Below, piece by piece: positions 27,101 to 42,100 of a stretch of 64,000 nucleotides of DNA (position 1 is its first letter; every line of letters begins with the position of its first letter). The notes under the pieces were generated by a model, which did not search any database, was not told where the DNA came from, and saw nothing but the letters and a program-made list of their open reading frames with translations. The DNA lies in the NCBI GenBank assembly GCA_002633005.1, contig NMRA01000050.1:451353-515352 (forward strand). The letters are read 5' to 3'. This DNA comes from Phoronis australis (taxonomy: Eukaryota; Animalia; Phoronida). The position numbers and the translations under genes are program-made.

Positions 27101-30100
27101 AAGCATACTGTTTGTGTTGCTGTCATGGGCACATTTCAATGCTCTGCGTTACTATTGTTTTAAAAAAATTCTGCAGGAAATCTGGCTGGAATAACATTTT
27201 ATTGTTTCACATTTAGCCATAATTTATGCTCTGACCTTTCGCCAACTTTCTATAAAAATAAATCCTGTCAACTTTATTTAATATACAACTGGAGCACCTG
27301 CCGTAGAAGTGATTTGCTGAATTGGCGCATAATTATTTGAACAAAGTTAGGATCTCCACACTAGATGGTTTTGTGCGTGTAAAGCGAGTTGTCAGCGTTT
27401 TTCATTATTAAAATGAAATGGACGTTAAACATTGTTTTTCACATGGAAGGCAACGGAGTATGGGGATAAGGACAGCGTAAAGTTTGTCTATCTGGTTGCC
27501 TTTCATTAAATATTTATTGTTCAAGGTTATTGTTTACCTTAATTGTGTATTCCTTTTATATTCTATTAAATTTGTTTTCATCACCCATTTTCAACTCAAT
27601 AAAATTGTAATTATGTTAACTTTAAAGAACCATCGATGACTGAAAAATCTTAATCTAAAAATTTGAAATGCCATATCATAATTTATAGTCACGTGGCTAC
27701 CATTTTTGTAAAAAAGAATTGTGTTTTGCTTTGATCATGAATTTGTAAAAGACATAAACTGCAGGTGACTATGTGTTTGAAAATATATAAAGGGAAACCG
27801 GTCTCTTATTCTTGATTTACCCTCAAATTAGTGCAAAGTTTCATTCAAATCAACCTCACACTACATAAAAATTGATGTTCAAAACTGCTAAAAACTTTGA
27901 AAATCAAAAGGCTTGAAAATATCCCATCAAGATTCCCCAGGTAATTGATATTAAATGAACTCCTGTAAAAAAAACTCGCGTACTTGATACAAATAAATAA
28001 TGCATCTAAAGTCACTGCAATGTTATGGATCGCTACTAACAATTTAGAGATTATGTGGTATGCAAACATTGCGTATTTGAAAAATTTTCCACGTATTGAA
28101 AATTGACATTCTTATTCATTTTACTGAATAATATAACTGTAACTACAATTGGTTGTTTTGCTTGTAGTGTCGGCGTAAGAGTGATGGTGCCAGCTTCGAT
28201 GAAACTGGTGAGAAAGTGTCGTGCAACAAGAATGGCCTGCTGTGCGATGACAAGAATGGGTGCAGCGACTACGAGATTAGATTCTACTGCGAGTGTGAAA
28301 CATTTAGTAAGTCACTCCACTACCTCTAGGTCTACTTACAGTTGATAAAAATGAATTGTGTGCACCAAAGTTGCTACATGGTAAGAGCATTTTGAAGATA
28401 AAAGACTGTTTCATCGTGTCTCACACACTATAAGTTTGTGTTTATTTCATTGCTATCTAGAGTTGAAAATGACTTGTGGGGCCTGAAATTAAAACACTGA
28501 CTGCAACTGATTGGCTCGGATAAAGGTAGTCCTAGTGGGCTTGAATGAACCATGTCGCCAAGTGAACTCATAGCTGTTTGAAAATTACGTGTTGTGTTCT
28601 TTGTTTTCAAAAACAGTTTTGCAGTGGGCTTATAATTTGATTGGCCCAGTCATTAACTGTCACTCATTGATGACATATTGACCAAACTTGAATTATATTG
28701 ACCAAGCTTTAACACTATTGACCATGCTGGAATACATTTGTGCACTTTTTAAGTTTACAATTAATCTTGCCAGTGGGGATTATTTAAGCTTCATAAATGT
28801 ACTGTAGATATAAATTACTGTGGACTAAGATTAAGCAAAGCTAGTCTTAATTATGGTAGTGAAGCCGATACTCCAGGTCCGTCAGCTTACCATGGTCATC
28901 TGGTCGTTTCAGAATGTAAGAGTCAGATTACAGAGGAGAATGATAACATTAAGGACAGTCAGCTGAGTGCGTCCAGCTTTTTGATACCATCTGTTGGGCC
29001 ACAAAAGTCACGTGAACACTCAACAGGATGGACCGCCAAGGTGAACAACGACCAACAATGGATACAGGTGGACTTCTTGGAGAGCATTCAAATTGCAGGT
29101 GCGTTAGTGTTGCACTTTTATATTCAGTATTCTGTGTATTGATCAAGTATTTATAATAATAAGAAATGATTTGATTTGAAAACACTGAGTCTCCATTTTT
29201 GTTTCCGTTCATTTTGTGTATTTTATTTGCGGTATAATTGTTTTTTACTAGTTTTGTTCATTAATATCAAGGTACTTATTATATAAACTTTAACATATAC
29301 CATATAATCCCAATCATCATTGAATACTATCGCTGGAAATTGAGTAAAAGAAAGAATCAGGCGACAATGAGGGATTCTGATGTGAAATTTTGGAAAAGTG
29401 TATCATTCAACAGAACTATGGAAATAACAAAATGGATCCAAGTATGATCTGATAATAAAACTTGAGATATGATATGGGACATGTTGTAAGGGCTTGACTC
29501 TTATGACACGGGAAAAATAAAGTGAGAGGAGTAGATAATTATAATTCTTATGTCTAGTCCTTCATGTTTTTAGTTTCTCAATCCAATATGGTACTCTTTT
29601 AAATCTATGGTTGGTAATAAGATGTCTTAAAAGCTCTTTTTTCATTTTTGCCTTCAAGTTAGAAATATTTTGTATAACACATCCATGATTATTGTCTCGC
29701 AATAAAAGGGTAATATTTATGGCAGGCGCCTGTCTGTCTGCCTGTTTGTTGGTCTGTTGTTCTAACCGCATTTTCACTAAAGTATGCTAATGAAGTACTG
29801 AGTAGTATCTTTCGTCAAAATTTTGAGATATATCAGATTTGTTCTGAAAGTTACTTAAATGCTTTACTATACTGTGCATAACTCTTTGAGAACCTCAGGT
29901 GGGATGTAATTGCTATCTCTGACTACCATATTAAATTTAAAACTAACCCTTATTAGTTATACAATCATGTCAGTGGACATTTCAATTTACTGTTTACAGC
30001 TCCATCTGTTGTCTTCCTTTCAGGAATACGTACGTGGGGCAGCAGGATGAAGCCTGCCTGGGTAACTGAGTACAGAGTTCAAACTAGTACTGATGACTTG

Positions 30101-33100
30101 TGTTCCAACTTTGAGTACATGATGGATGTTGACAACAAGCCCAAGGTATTCACTTCATCACAGACATGCATGCACTATTGTGGCTAGACTTCATCTTACC
30201 TGTATACCACACTATTTCCTACAGTCAATAACACATCATGAACTGGTATGGCGTACTGGTTAATCTTTTTTAACACTTATCCACTTTTCCAAACTGCAAT
30301 TTATTAAATTACAACCCCTGAACCACTGTGCATGTAATTGCTTTGGGATTTTTTTACTTATAATTACTAATAAATAAATTAGATCTTGATCGAATGATGT
30401 TTGTTTACAAATTCAAAGCCAAGGCACAAAAATCTCTTATGCTTCTCTGTCATTAAATTGAGATATCATTTGATGAAGATGCTGTTGCACTACATTGAAA
30501 AACACAGTTACCAGCAAAGTCTTCTTTATGCTTCAACATAATTACATTATGCTTTGTTTTTAGATTTTCACTGCTAATGTGAACAACCTGACTCCTGTGG
30601 ATAACTTCTTTGACAGAAGATTGAAAGCGCGTTGTTTGCGCATTAACCCAGTTGGCTACAAGAACTCAGTTAGCATGCGCTTTGGTGTCTATGGATGTCG
30701 CATTCAAGGTGGGAGTCAGAGCAAGGATTAATTACTATCAAAATTTAGGCTAAAACATTACCCCTGTTGTAAGGCTAAACTCTAGTTGCTGCTAAAACGA
30801 TACATGGTGTAAGTATTTAGACAAAATGATCACTCTGTAGTTCCCCTACATAATGGCTGGAGAAAGTCAAAGTCAAAGTCAGGCTGAGAATGATGAGGAC
30901 TTAAGTGGAAGGAAGTTAGTCCAAATGTTGTCACCATAACAGACATTTTTGCTTTTAATTGAAACAGCCATCATGATGGACACGATGTTTTCTCTGATTA
31001 TCGTTTTATTTTATGACTTAAAGGCTCAATACTGGCACTGTTGAAAAGTACTGGGTTTTAGGTTGTCATGACAATAATACATCATGTGGTATGAATGATG
31101 TTAACTTAACATTACAAAGTTGATGTTCAGAAGTTATCTAAAGAAATGATGAAAATAGTGTTGGTATTGTGGCAGATGTTTCATTGTTCAATTTGGAGAG
31201 GAGAGGGTGCATTTAAAGAATATTAAGTAAATCTTCTTGTGTTTGGGAGAGGGCAGTTCTATAGGTAAGTGTGCCAATATGTATTTTGACTTTTAACTTC
31301 ATGTATTTAGATCACACTGAGACACCAGGCATTCCGACTTTCACTGTGCCAACACCAAAACTGACGACAACAGATACTGAAACCACTGCCAAATCCACTC
31401 AAAGCACCGTGTCGAGTACTAAGCCAACACCCAGCACACCGTCTGAGGGTACACCACCACGCACCCCTGGTACCACGACTAAGTCTACCGAGAGCCCACC
31501 ACCTGTGTCGAGTACTGAGCCAACACCCAGCACACCGTCCGAGGGTACACCACCACGTACCCCTAGCACCACGGCTAAGTCCACTCAGAGCCCACCACCT
31601 GTGTCGAGTACTGAACCAACACCCAGCACACCGTCCGAGGGTACACCACCACGCACCCCTGGTACCACGACTAAGTCTACCGAGAGCCCACCACCTGTGT
31701 CGAGTTCTTCTCCAACACCCAGCACACCGTCCGAGGGTACACCACCACGCACCCCTGGTACCACGACTAAGTCCACTCAGAGCCCACCACCTGTGTCGAG
31801 TACTGAACCAACACCCAGCACACCGTCTGAGGGTACACCACCATACACATCAAGCCATACATCTAAAGTAACTGTGAGCCCTGGTACCAAAACAACAGCA
31901 TCCCCAACCCCCTCATCAACAGCAAAGACATCGACACGTACACCGACTCTGGTTCCCAGCACCTCACCACCAACTCAAAAGTCCAAAAAGTGCGTGACAC
32001 CGACAGACCACTGGACACCATGGATGAACATCGATTCGCCAGAGGACACTCACAAATACGAGACTGACGGTGCTGGTGACTACGAATTGGTTGAAGAATT
32101 GAGGTAGGCATCTGTCTTTGAACCCATCATGTCTATCATAACAAAAGTTGACACTGAAAGTTTACTGTAGCCATTTTCTTTGGGTGTTTAGAAGGAAAAT
32201 TGAGAAACTATTTCTAGTCTTGTAAAAGTATCAAACAATTCTTTGCAAAACACGTGAATCTTTAGACATCAGGCTTCATGCACTATCATTTGTTTACCTG
32301 ACTATGACTCAAGGACTGTAGAATCGTTTGATTCATAATCCTGGGACAACATTATACATAATCCTGCGACAACATTATACATAATCCTGCGACAACATTA
32401 TACATAATCCTGGGACAACATTATACATAATCCTGCGACAACATTATACATAATCCTGCGACAACATTATACATAATCCTGCGACAACATTATACATAAT
32501 CCTGCGACAACATTATACATAATCCTGATTGATGAACCCTCTTTGCAGGTACTATTATCAGTTCTGTGCCAAGCCCAGCAGTATTGAGTGTCGCGTGGCG
32601 AGTGACAAGCACTCTATGTGGCATGTTTCTGGCGAGAAGGGTGTCACCTGTGACCTGAACAAAGGCCTCATCTGTCTGAATAGTGACCAGGACTCATCCA
32701 AATGCGTCGATTTTGAAGTCAGGTTCTTCTGCGAGTGTGGACGTAAGTTTTGCTTGTCTTCACTCTGAGTTTGTGTTTATTAGATATTGGCATAGGTCTT
32801 GGTGTTTACTAGATACAAGGTTTTATCAGATCCAAATGATAAAATGAAATTGTACGAACACTTGTTAGACCAGTAATGTGACATAGAGTTTGTTCATGCA
32901 GAACCATTAAGTATTGTAGTGTGAACTGCTTTTGATGACAAAAATAACACATGAAAGCATCGAGGTTATTATTTGTGCAGCCAAAATATCAGTCGCGCCT
33001 ACACCAGGCCCCACCAAGTCCACCAGCGTATCACCACAAACCACCACAGGCACTACATTGCCTCCACTTTGCAAGACAACTGGTTGGAGCCAGTGGCTCG

Positions 33101-36100
33101 ACTCATCCACGCCAAACCAGGACGGCGAGTATGAGACCCTGCACAACCTGAGGACCAAATACCAGTTCTGCGAGTTCCCAGCATCGATCGAGTGCCGCGT
33201 GAAACCGAAGGAGGAAAACAGCAAGAAGTTCACCATGTTTAACACGGCAGGCCAGAAGGGCATCACCTGTGACCTCAACAGGTAAGTCACTTGGTTGAAA
33301 TTAATAAAAACTGCAACTCAATAAACAAGACATTGGTGTATTAATATATTAGTTATTTTGTTAGAATGCGGATGGATGTCATCTTAATAGCTAGGAAAAT
33401 TTCATTTTTCATACAGCATGGGTCAGTGAAAGACTGGCTTATCTTCTACCTGGAATGGGAACAAGGTCTCACCAGTGTCGTGCCTTCAAGAGCACTGAGG
33501 GTTTTTTCTGGTCAGATTATCCTAGGATTAATACAGTGGTCACAATTTTTGCTGTTTGTTTTCCCTCTCCTAGCTAAAGATACAATGTGCTGTTTGCATG
33601 TTACAATATTCATTTCATTGAATCCTTTAGGTACCTCATCTGTGAGAATGCCCTGCAACCCCTAGGGCATTCCTGCTATGATTATGAGATCCGGGTTTAC
33701 TGTATCTGTGACACCACGCCGTCTGTAACCACCAAGGTCCCCCCATCGACACCAACTGCAAAACAGACACCGGAGCCAACACCATCGTCAACTCCAACAC
33801 CGCAATGGACACCAACACCAACCAAGCAAAAGGAAACAGTTGCGACTCCACGTGAGTGGTTGACACTGTGCTACATTGATGGGAGATGTCATTTTGTATA
33901 CCATGTTTTCCTCACTTTTGGCCTTCTCTGCAGCAGTGCACTGCAAAGGTTGGACTTGCTACTGCCAATATTATTGCTCCAGCCATTAGTCAAAATTTCA
34001 TTCTAGTATTTACTCTGTAGTGGTTAACTACAAATAAACAGCAAAAAATTGAACACAAGACATAAAACAATGGTTGCTATAGATTTCTAATTTTTGTTAC
34101 ATCTCCGTATTTTACCAAATTCTAGTTATAAGTGACTACCATGAACGAATTTGAAAATGGGTATTATGCATTGAAACATTTAACTGTTTTGGTCGTAACC
34201 AAAGCTGTAGTGATGACTTGCAAGTTTAAAGGATATAGCTTTGTTTTCTGAGTACGGCACAGTGATGCTGAATACTCTACTTCAGGTTATGAAAAATCTA
34301 CCATCGGACCTACTCCAACTGGCGCCTCATCGTCACCCACTCCTGGAGAAACTCCATCACCAACACCAAGCAAGCCATCATCCCCAACACCATCACCAAG
34401 CACTGGTGTGACTCCAGAGCCAACACCAAGCACCACAGCTGAGGGCACCTCTGGGCCAACAACAAGCAAGCCATCATCTCCTACACCATCACCAAGCACT
34501 GGTGTGACTCCAGAGCCAACACCAAGCACCACAGCTGAGGGCACCTCTGGGCCAACAACAAGCAAGCCATCATCTCCGACACCATCACCAAGCACTGGTG
34601 AGACTCCAGAGCCAACACCAAGCACCACAGCTGAGGGCACCTCTGGGCCAACACCAAGCAAGCCATCATCTCCAACACCATCACCAAGCACTAGTGAGAC
34701 TTCAGAGCCAACACCAAGCACAACTCCATCCATAGGGCCCATCTGTGTGGAGGGTTGGACACAGTGGATCAATGATGATAAGCCGTGGACTGGATCCGGT
34801 GACATTGAAAGGTTGCAGAACCTGCCCAACTATCCTAGAACATGCATGAAGGCTATCCAGGTAAGATGCCGCAAAGTGCCAACTGAGATTTTAATTGCTA
34901 GACACCGGTATGGAAAGTTCTCAAGAAATATGACAAATTTTCAGTAAGTTGTAGTATTGTCTGTTTATAGCATGTGCTAAGTTCAATTTTAATTTAGGTA
35001 TTTTACACAACCACAGACTTATCATTTTAAAATTGAGATGTTGAGAACACAGTTTATGAAGATTTGACTGCGTGTAGTTTTGAACTGTTGGTAACATGAA
35101 GTTCAGGTTGTTTTTCTTTTTCATTACTAAGGTTGAGTGCTTTGATGCTGAGGTAAATCGCGATGTGAGGGAAACCGGCAAAGATGTGTCTTGTACTCTT
35201 GATGGTGTCACATGTATCAACTCCGACAGCAACGAGTGTTCGGATTACAAAGTGCGCTTCTATTGCTTATGTAAGTCCCATGTTTCTTGATTTTCATTCA
35301 TTGCATTTTATACTGAACAATAAATCAACATTTGGCTTGCTGCATTCATTTTAATACTTTGATTACCTACTTTAACCGTCGTATATGGACATGTCGTAGA
35401 CATTTATTTGAGTGCGAAAATCTAGACAAGTTGTTGTAACTGATTTCTAGGTGAACCAACAATCATGTCAACACCATACCCATCACCGAAGACAGCAACT
35501 CCCACACCAAGTGTTGGAACAAAGGAGCCAACAGTTAGCAGCACTGTCTCACCTAAAACTACCATTAAGCCACCAACGACATCAAGTACCCCAGAGCCAA
35601 CACCTCCAACGACTGGTATTAGTGTTGAGACAAAGGAGCCAACGGTTGGGAGCACCGTCTCACCTAAAACTACCATTAAGCCACCAACGACATCAAGTAC
35701 CCTAGAGCCAACACCTCCAACGACTGGTATTAGCGTTGAGACAAAGGAGCCAACGGTTGGGAGCACCGTCTCACCTAAAACTACCATTAAGACACCAACG
35801 CCATCAGGTACCCCAGAGGCAACACCTTCAACGACTGGTATTAGTTTAAAAACGAAGAAGCCTACGTCAATGAGTAGCCTGACACCTGAACCAACAACTC
35901 CACCAGGTAAGGATAAAATGTGATAATATTTCAAGATATTTTGTACATTGGTTGATAACGGATGACAGTGAAATCTGTATATTATTCAGGTTAATGGCAT
36001 CATAACATGTTTTTTAGCCACAATACACTGCATCAAGCCAATGGGTGTTGCGAATGTCCGTGTGGTGGGTGATAATCAGTTGACGGCCTCGACATCGTTT

Positions 36101-39100
36101 GATTACCGCTTCGAAGCCCAGCGTGCTCGTCTCTTTATTGAGAGTGATGGTGAGCTCGCCGGAGCATGGGTTCCAAGGTTTGTAGACGTTAAGACATAAA
36201 ATTTATGTTTTTGTATAGATTTCCTTTCATCTTGTTTGCACACTCCTCGTTTTCTATTTGCTTAACGTTTTTAAGTTGTTAAAAACCTCTAAATAGGAAC
36301 TTTGTGTACTTATCAATGGAGTGTGATTGTCATGAAATGAACTATTGTATTGTATGGCCACAGGTTCCAAAATGACAAGCAGTGGATCCAGGTGGACTTT
36401 AAGCAGCCTGTGGAGATATCTGGAATCAAAACACAGGGTCGATCAGATGCAGCAGAATGGGTGACTAGGTATACCGTGTCCACAAGTATGGATGGAAAGA
36501 CTTTCACACCTTACCATGAGAATGATGTTATTAAGGTGCGTCTGTTACCTTGTTTGGACTTGTTTTACTTGGTGATCAGATTAACCTGGCAAGAAGTGTA
36601 CAGTTGCTTATTTAAACATTTTAGAATGTTTTATACACTGCTGTGTAAGGAAAATGTAAATGCACTGTGTACAAGGTAGGGGTGTAGTTCTCAGGATGAC
36701 AGTCTGCTTTATTGTACATTCAAATAAGACAAATGACAAACTTGTTTTATTTCTTTCTTCAGGTTTTCCATGCTAATGTCGACCAGAACACTATCAAGAC
36801 TAACTTTTTCACTCACGAGTTCAAAGCCAGGTTTGTGCGTTTACACCCGGTAACATGGGAGGGGCGGATTGCCCTGAGATTTAATGTGCTTGGTTGTAAC
36901 GAGATGACACCTGAGCCAACACCGCCGTCAACTCTTGAACCAACCTCAAGCTCAACCGCATCACCAAGCCCATCAACCAAACAGCCACCAGTGTCTACTG
37001 AGGTGCCACCAACACCTACAACTTCTGGGTCATCCAAGACAACGAATCTTATTCCAACAACTAGCTCTGCCAAGACACCCATAACTTCCCCACGTGTGCC
37101 AACATCGAGATTTACAAGCAAACCAACACCAAGTGAAGCAACCCCAACTCCTGGCACATCAGGGTCTCCAAGTATTGGACCAACAACTGGCTCTAGCAAG
37201 ACACCAACACCATCAGAGCGTGTGCCAACATCAGGGCTTACAAGTGAACCAACGCCTAGTAATCCAACACCAACTCCCGGTTCATCAGAGTCTCCAAGCA
37301 TTGGACCAACTACTGGTTCTAGCAAGACACCAACACCATCAGAGCGTGTGCCCTCATCAACTCCTGAGGTTGGATTGACACCAACAACAACAACAAAGTC
37401 ACCATTTAGTACGTCGCAGACTCCAAGCATTAGACCAACAACTGGCTCTAGCAAACCACCAACGCCATCGGAGCGTGTGCCTTCAACAACTCCAGGTGGT
37501 GGGCCTACACCAACTTCTGAAAAACCAACATCTAGAACATCACAGGGTCCAACAGTTGGGCCAACCACAGGCAGTACTAAACCACCAATGACCACCAGCT
37601 GTGTTTACTGGACGCCATGGGTCAGCAACAGAGAAAGCTCATCAATAGGTACATATTGGTGGACGTTTCAATGATTTTTCACACATTCATTCTTTTTAAA
37701 AGTACCCTACAATTGATCTAGTTGATGGGATTTTTAACTGTGAAACGGTGAGTAATTGAAGAAGGATCTCATTTGAAAAGTCATCATTTGTCAAGTTGTG
37801 ACACCCAAAAATTCATCTTCATCTTTTGTTTTAGGTTGCTGCATAATAGCACGCTCATGCCTAAGTTACTACTTCAGAGGACATCTCATTTCTGCAAGCT
37901 AACCTGACTTTATGTTGACATAATGCATTTTCCTTTAGGTGAAGCTGAGTTCATTTACATTATGAGGGAGTCCATTGACTTCTGCCAAGATGAAGATATT
38001 CTTAGCATGCAATGCCGTACAGTTGGCAGCCATGTCTACTTTAAGGACATGACTCAGAAGGGAATTATCTGTGATGTTAATCAACAACGGTTCACGTGCC
38101 CTGGCGAACTAGATGGCAAGTATATTTTCATGACTGAGATACTATTTTACCAAATGAAGGCATCATAACAGAGAGCTACAAATGGAGATAACTTTAATAT
38201 GTGTTGCATACTATTTTTCAATATTTAAAAATATTAATTCAAGACATGAGTCAAATAGTGCTCAATTTGGAAAAAATAGCTGCTGTCTGTGAATGACAGC
38301 AAGTGTTATTGTGTCAGTTTGGTTTGTGTTACAGGATTTACTCAGGACTGCCCAGATGTTGAAATCAGAGTTCAGTGTAACTGTGGTGTGATGACAATGG
38401 TTCCTCCAACTCCAACATCTTCTGAGACCCCTGAGCCTACATCGACGTCCACTGGTAAACCAACACTGTCTCCAACAGCTGGTTCCACACCAGAGCCAAC
38501 TACCTCTGAGAAGACTCCAAAACCAACAACTAAAGGAGTTAAGACACCAACATCGACGTCCACTGGTAAACCAACACTGTCTCCAACAGCTGGTTCCACA
38601 CCAGAGCCAACTACCTCTGAGAAGACTCCAAAACCAACAACTAAAGGAGTTAAGACACCAACATCGACATCCACTGGTAAACCAACACCATCTCCAACAG
38701 CTGGTTCCACACCAGAGCCAACATCTTCAAAGAAGACTCCAGAACCAACAACTACTAGTATCAATACACCAACATCAACGTACACTGGTAAACCAACACT
38801 GTCTCCAACAGCTGGTTCCACACCAGAGCCAACTACCTCTGAGAATACTCCAAAACCAACAACTAAAGGAGTTAAGACACCAACATCGACATCCACTGGT
38901 AAACCAACACCATCTCCAACAGCTAGTTCCACACCAGAGCCAACATCTTCAAAGAAGACTCCAGAACCAACAACTACTGGTATCAAGACACCAACGTCAA
39001 CATCCACTGGTAAACCAACACTGTCCCCAACAGCTGGTTCCACACCAGAACCAACTTCTTCAAAGGAGACTCCAGAACCAACAACTACTGGTATGAAGAC

Positions 39101-42100
39101 ACCATCACCGACACCCACTATTAAACCAACACCGCAAATAGCAACAAATCCGCCTCCTGGGAAGAGGTAATCTTTGCTGTGTAATTCCTATGTTTAACGC
39201 CACAGTTTAGCAAGGCTTCCTGTAAAGGGGGAATCAACATTTGATTGGACTTCAAAACCACTTGGCAGTGGATTTAGGAGTAGCCAAGTTGTTGACATGG
39301 ACACTTACTAGGTCTAACTTGTACCAGAGCAATTGTAGATAATTGGCATTTTTTAATTACAGAATACGTATTAATTTGGAATGTATAGAGTATAGATAAT
39401 AACATCCAATGTAACAAATACTTCTGCAACAAGACTCCCTCTACGTCTATGAGAGAGGTTTAGCCACCACAAGACTCCCTCTACGTCTTTGCGCAAAGCG
39501 CTCAGTAATTAACAAGTTTTTTTTTGTTCCTTATTTTGAACACAGGCGTTTTCTATTTCATAGCCAGAGGTAAAACTTATTACCCATTTTGTCTGTGTGG
39601 CAAAATATAACCTGAAATGAGGCTTGTAGACAGTGTGAATAAAATGGTCTGTATACTTTGCCCAACTCCAGGAATTGCAACTCTTGGACAAATTGGTATA
39701 ACGAGCATAAGCCAAGTCCACTAGAAGATGAAATAGAGAACGTATCTACAGGGTTTCTCATGAAATTCTGTGCGGGCGGAGAAATCACCAAGATTGAGTG
39801 TCATGATGAGCAGGAATCTCTGCCATTTGACACGACTGGCGACGTGGCCACATGTACTGTCCAGGATGGACTGAAATGTCTCTGGTCGGACAATGACCCT
39901 ATTCCTTGCCATGACTATATGGTGCGGTACTACTGTGAGTGTAAGGAAGGTAGGCTGATGGCAACTGTAATTACTAATTATGCTTCCATGTATTTGAGAT
40001 TGTGAATCCATCACTGTTACATTGATTCAGTTAATTTAAGTATTCTGCTGTGTACTTGTAAATTATGTAATGCTTTTGAACTTCCAGTCCTGCTGTGTAC
40101 TTGTAAATTATGTAATGCTTTTGAACTTCCAGTCCTGTTTCTTGTACATGTGTCTTACAAAAAGTACTGCTAACTGGGATTTCCAATAAACAGCCCCATG
40201 CGGCCTCCTTGAGAAAATTTTCCGGATTAATTTGCATTTTCAGCTCAAGTGTTGGAAAAGGTGGATTAAGTTACCTTATAGGAACAATGCTACTATTACA
40301 GCTGAACGTAAATTTGCATTGTGTTCATATGAGGCCTGGGGCATACTTGCATGTGTGTAAAACATTGTTTTCATGGGAACTTTGATGGTCATGGGAATAC
40401 ACAATCATACAGGTGATAAAAATAATTATGTTTCATTCGTAAGTATACACTTGGTCTCTTCATCGTGTAAACACCATTATCATCTAAATAGTCCTTTATG
40501 CATCACTGGACTTCTCTTGTAGCAGTCTTGCTGTTAATTAAGTGAAAATTTGCAAGGTATATTTGAAGTCCATGAGTGAATGAGACTGTTGCAGGTGAAG
40601 TTACTGCAAATTTCCAAAAGAACCCAACCGCTTTTTGCTGAAAGAATCCTCAGGGAATGCTTGTTGGGAAAAGCATTATGGGAAATGGCATTTCTGAAAA
40701 ACACCTGATACTCTTTTACAAATTACTAACGGTACATGTTTCACACTGGTAAATATTAAGTAATGTTGACTGGTACTTCAGAGACAACACCAAAGCCAAC
40801 TCCGAGCTCACCAAAGACACCGACTGCAGGCACTCCTGAGCCAACATCGAGCTCAACCGAGAAACCAACACCAAAGCCAACTCCGAGCTCTCCTAAGACA
40901 CCGACCCCAGGCACTCCTGAGCCAACATCGAGCTCAACTGAGAAACCAACACCAAAGCCAACTCCAAGCTCTCCAAAGACACCGACCGTAGGCACTCCTG
41001 AGCCAACATCGACCTCAACTGAGAAACCAACACCAAAACCAACTCCGAGCTCTCCAAAGACACCGACCCCAGGCACTCCTGAGCCAACATCGACCTCAAC
41101 TGAGAAACCAACACTAAAGCCAACTTTGAGCTCACCTAAAACACCAACACCAGGCACTTCTGAGCCAACGGTTAGCTCTCCTGGGACACCGACCCCAAGC
41201 ACAACACCTCAACTGGTATGAAATGAGTTTTCCTAATATTTTTATTGATGGCGTATGTTCATTTAGGTATATGGCTCTATCCAGAGCTTCACATTTATCA
41301 AAATTTAGGCACTTTAACCTAATTCAGTAAAAGCACCTATCAACCCTAATAGTTCATGTGTGATGGTTAAGTTATATAGTAAAGATAATTTTTGTAAATG
41401 CACTCAGAAAATGAAGGAGTTTAATGCAATGGTTAAAAGTGTGGCATTACATGACAAACGTGGCTTTAAGTGTAACTCTGGTAGATGTACCTGTCTGTGA
41501 AATGTTGTATTTTAGCAAAAACGTTTTTCTTTTTTTGTTGTGAACATGTTGATAGGGGCGTCTGAGCATATATGCATGCACATACAGTAATTTCGGGTAA
41601 GATATAGAAGAACTGATGTATTGTCTCTGTGTTAGTTAATTTTTTGCATTTATATTGTTCATAAAGAATATATAATCATAATATTCTTGCATTAAGGTAG
41701 CAGTATTGTTTATGATAGTTTTTGTTGGTGTTTTTGTCATGGTATGCTCATTTGCTAAATATCTGAAGGTGTCATTTGATTGAGGTTCTGCCATGGAGGA
41801 CTCATTACACTTATCTGTATCCTGTTTGCACATTGTAGCCAATATCTGTTCGTTGTGACTGGTCCCCATACGTCAGTGTGCATACACCCACCATGGATGA
41901 GAACGATGGCGATTTCGAAACTATTTCGTTGTTGAAGAAGAGATTCAGGCTCTGCCGTGAAATCAAGGACATTGAATGTCGCACCAAGGGGGAGAAAACT
42001 CCTTCCAAATTTGCCAACCAGGTGAGCAGACTGAGACCATAGTTTCTCATTTCAAAACTTGGCCAGGAGCATAATATATTGACTCGTTCTTATTTTTAAA

